Source: Prorocentrum cordatum (lineage: Eukaryota). From it: a DNA stretch of 55,958 bases. The stretch is taken from the NCBI GenBank assembly GCA_963575745.1, contig CAUYUJ010000122.1:62001-117958 (forward strand), in the 5' to 3' direction. Under the pieces are notes generated by a model, which was not told where the DNA came from, did no database searches, and saw only the letters and a program-made list of their open reading frames with translations. Shown here piece by piece: positions 53,386 to 55,958 of the stretch. Position 1 is the stretch's first letter, and each line of letters begins with the position of its first letter. The position numbers and the translations under genes are program-made.

Positions 53386-55958
53386 TAGGCGGACACGCCG
53401 GACCGGCCACGGCTCGGGCGAGGCCCCCGGGCGCGCGGCGCTCCCCGGGCGGGCGGGGCGGGCCCCGGTGGCGGGCCCGTGCCCGGGCGGCCCCGCAGGA
53501 CCGCGGCCCCGCCCGAGCAGAGGCCCGCCCGCCGCTCGTGGAGGGGGCCTCGGGCGCCGCGGGCGCGCCTCCCCTCGGGAGGGGGAAAAGACACACAGAC
53601 ACAATTCAAGCGTCCACTCCCAGGAAAAGATGGGAAAATATGGGAAGTGGGGGGGGGAAGACAGACACCCAGAAACTATGGGAAACTATGGGGAGTCCTT
53701 TTCTTTGTGTGCATTGATTTGCGTGTCCCAGGGCCCCTCCATCCCCGCCCGCGCCCCCGCGGCGGGCGGGCGGGCGGGCCGGTCCCGCTGCTCGGCGGTA
53801 ATTGCGTCTGCCGTGCCCGTGGTGCCACGCTCGGGGCCTCGTGGCGCCGACTCGCGCCCCGCTGGGGCCGGCTCCGTGCGCCGCTGCGCGGGCGGATGTG
53901 GCGGCGCCGGGGCCCTCGATCTCGGCCCCCGGCCGGCAGGTGCGGGTCGTGGAGCTGGGGCGATCCCCGCGTGTCCCGGAGCCGCACGTTCAGAGGCGGC
54001 AAACGAGGGGGGTGGATGACTAGGGGGGGGGATGTCATGGCGTGGGCCAGGATGTTTCCCCAGCTTTCATGGCGCCTCTTCTGATGTCACTGCGTCCCTG
54101 GCCCCCCCCCCCTTGGGCCGCGCACGTGCCGCCGGCCCCACCTCTTCGACGCCCCCCTCTTGGCCGCCCCCGATACATGGGACCGAAACGCAGGTGGCAC
54201 GTGCGCTCACGACGTATGTATGGGTGTCAGCCGCAAGAGGACGACGACGGAGGGGGAGAAACTTTCCCGCGCCCCCCTCCATCCGTCATTCGCGGTTTCG
54301 GCTCCACGTGTCGGCCGGGCGAGGGGGGGATTCGCGTCCCAGGCCGCCCTTCTTCCGAGGAGGTGTGCGGTCAGTCAGAGCGTGCATTACCTACCCCGCT
54401 TTCGCTTCCAGGCAAAACCAAGTCATACCACGCGCCTCCTCGCCAAGCGGCCTGACCAGTACAAGCCGTAGTTTGGCATCGCTTGGTATCTCTTTGAAGC
54501 GAGGGTGGTCAAAAGCGAGGTAGGTTTGTTTGCCCCCTAGTCAGGGGAGGGGCTCGTCGTGGCGCTCCCTTGGGTGTCGGTCGAGGTGGTCGCGCCGAGC
54601 CTGCGAAAGACGAGGGGCAGCACGGGCCCTCCTCGCAGGGTGATCATGGCGAGCGCCTCGTGGTGGGGGGTGGCACGGGGCCTGCCTCGCGCAGTCCCTC
54701 GAGCAGTCCCCCCACGTTTCACCTCCTCCTCCTCCTCCTCCTCCTCCTCCTCCTCTCCTCCTCATCCCCCTCCTCGTGTCCTCCTCCTCCTCCTCCTCCT
54801 CCTCTAACCCTCTACGCCCCACGTTCGTCGCTCCCGCCCCCAGGAGGAGGAGGAGGAGGAGGAGGAGGAGGAGGAGGAGGAGGAGGAGGAGGAGGAGGAG
54901 GAGGAGGAGGAGGAGGAGTGATCAGAGAGCGTCCCGGGGAAGCGGCCCGCCAAGGGTTGGCAGCAGCGTGCTGGCCTGGCTTACCCATCTCATGCCCATG
55001 CGGCCTCGGTCTGCACCACTGCCACTGCAGTGACCGAGGGTGGGGCGAGCATTCAGGTCGCTCGAGGAGCGCAGTCGGGGCGCAGGTCGGTGGGAGCGCA
55101 CGCATCCGGCGGATACATGCGTTTCCTTTGGGTGCAGAAGCGTTTGTCTCGCAGGCGCGCGCTGCTGAGAGGCGCCGCGTTCAAAGGGTTTGCCCGCGCC
55201 TCGTTCGATTTTTGTTGGCTGCCCGTGGCTTTTCCAAGCGTGGTCCAGGCGACGCTGCGCGGTAAGGCAGGTCGGTCTCACCGGGGGTGGCCCCAGCGAG
55301 CACGGCAGTCTACCCAGGTATTCCACGTCGGGAAATATCACACCGCCGCGAAGAAATGATAACTGGAACCCTCGACTCTGTCTTCCAGCGGCATTCGTCG
55401 AGCTGGATCGCGGCCCGCGAGGGCCCAGAGGCCCCTCGGGCGGGGTGAAATCGCCAGTCGCGTTTTTGTTCGGCGCCGGAATTTGCGGACCGTCCTTCCG
55501 TAGTCGACCTCCCGACCTCTCACGGAGCGCGCCCCGAGCATCCTGTCGCGGCGCATCCGGAGGCGACGACGACGGCTTTCCAGAGGGCTTCCCCCGAAGG
55601 CCACAGAACGGCCCCCCAAAACGCCCCTCCTCCGCCTCCCAGCCCCGCTCCCTTCCCCTGTGCTTGTTTTCCTCTCTCTCTCTCTCTCTGAGGCTCTCTC
55701 GCTCTCTCTCTCGCTGTCTCTCTCTCTCTCTGCCTGTCCTTTCATCTGCCCGCCCTCCAGGAGACCCTCACCGTCGCAGTCGACATCCTGAACGCCTGGC
55801 ACCTCCCGCTGGTGCAGAGCAGGCGCCCGAACACCTGCGTGACCTACGGCTGGTGGCACGCTGGGCGCACGGAGAGCGCGGGGGCAGCGGGGCGCGGGCG
55901 GGGCGCAGCGGGCCCTGGTCCGCGCGGGCTTGTCGGGGAAGGGAGCCGCGCACTGGTT

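Overview
Eukaryotic, GC-rich, repeat-saturated genomic DNA, most likely from a dinoflagellate. The evidence is a perfect 22-nt dinoflagellate spliced leader (DinoSL), a second relic SL, and predicted GC-AG/GA-AG introns. Nearly all ORFs in the supplied track are artefacts of GC-richness and (GGA/CCT)n, (CA)n and (GAT)n tracts. The supported content is: (1) an apparently full-length ~8.1-kb non-LTR retrotransposon (17690-25790; ORF1 with zinc finger and coiled coil; ORF2 with APE endonuclease, RT, RNase H and a Cys-rich tail) that begins exactly with the DinoSL and sits inside a (CCT)n tract; (2) an SL-relic-bearing retrogene for a ~619-aa coiled-coil protein (44047-50087) whose 3' part is split by three insertions resembling newly gained introns; (3) a dead, fragmented CRE-like RLE-type non-LTR element (~485-3350, minus strand); (4) many MITE/foldback families, mostly in one orientation, plus microsatellites and short duplications. 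The most interesting system is an SL-capped LINE that may regenerate its own 5' end by host trans-splicing, next to a retrogene illustrating the mRNA-recycling and intron-regain cycle. All domain calls come from motif recognition by eye; no database search was run.
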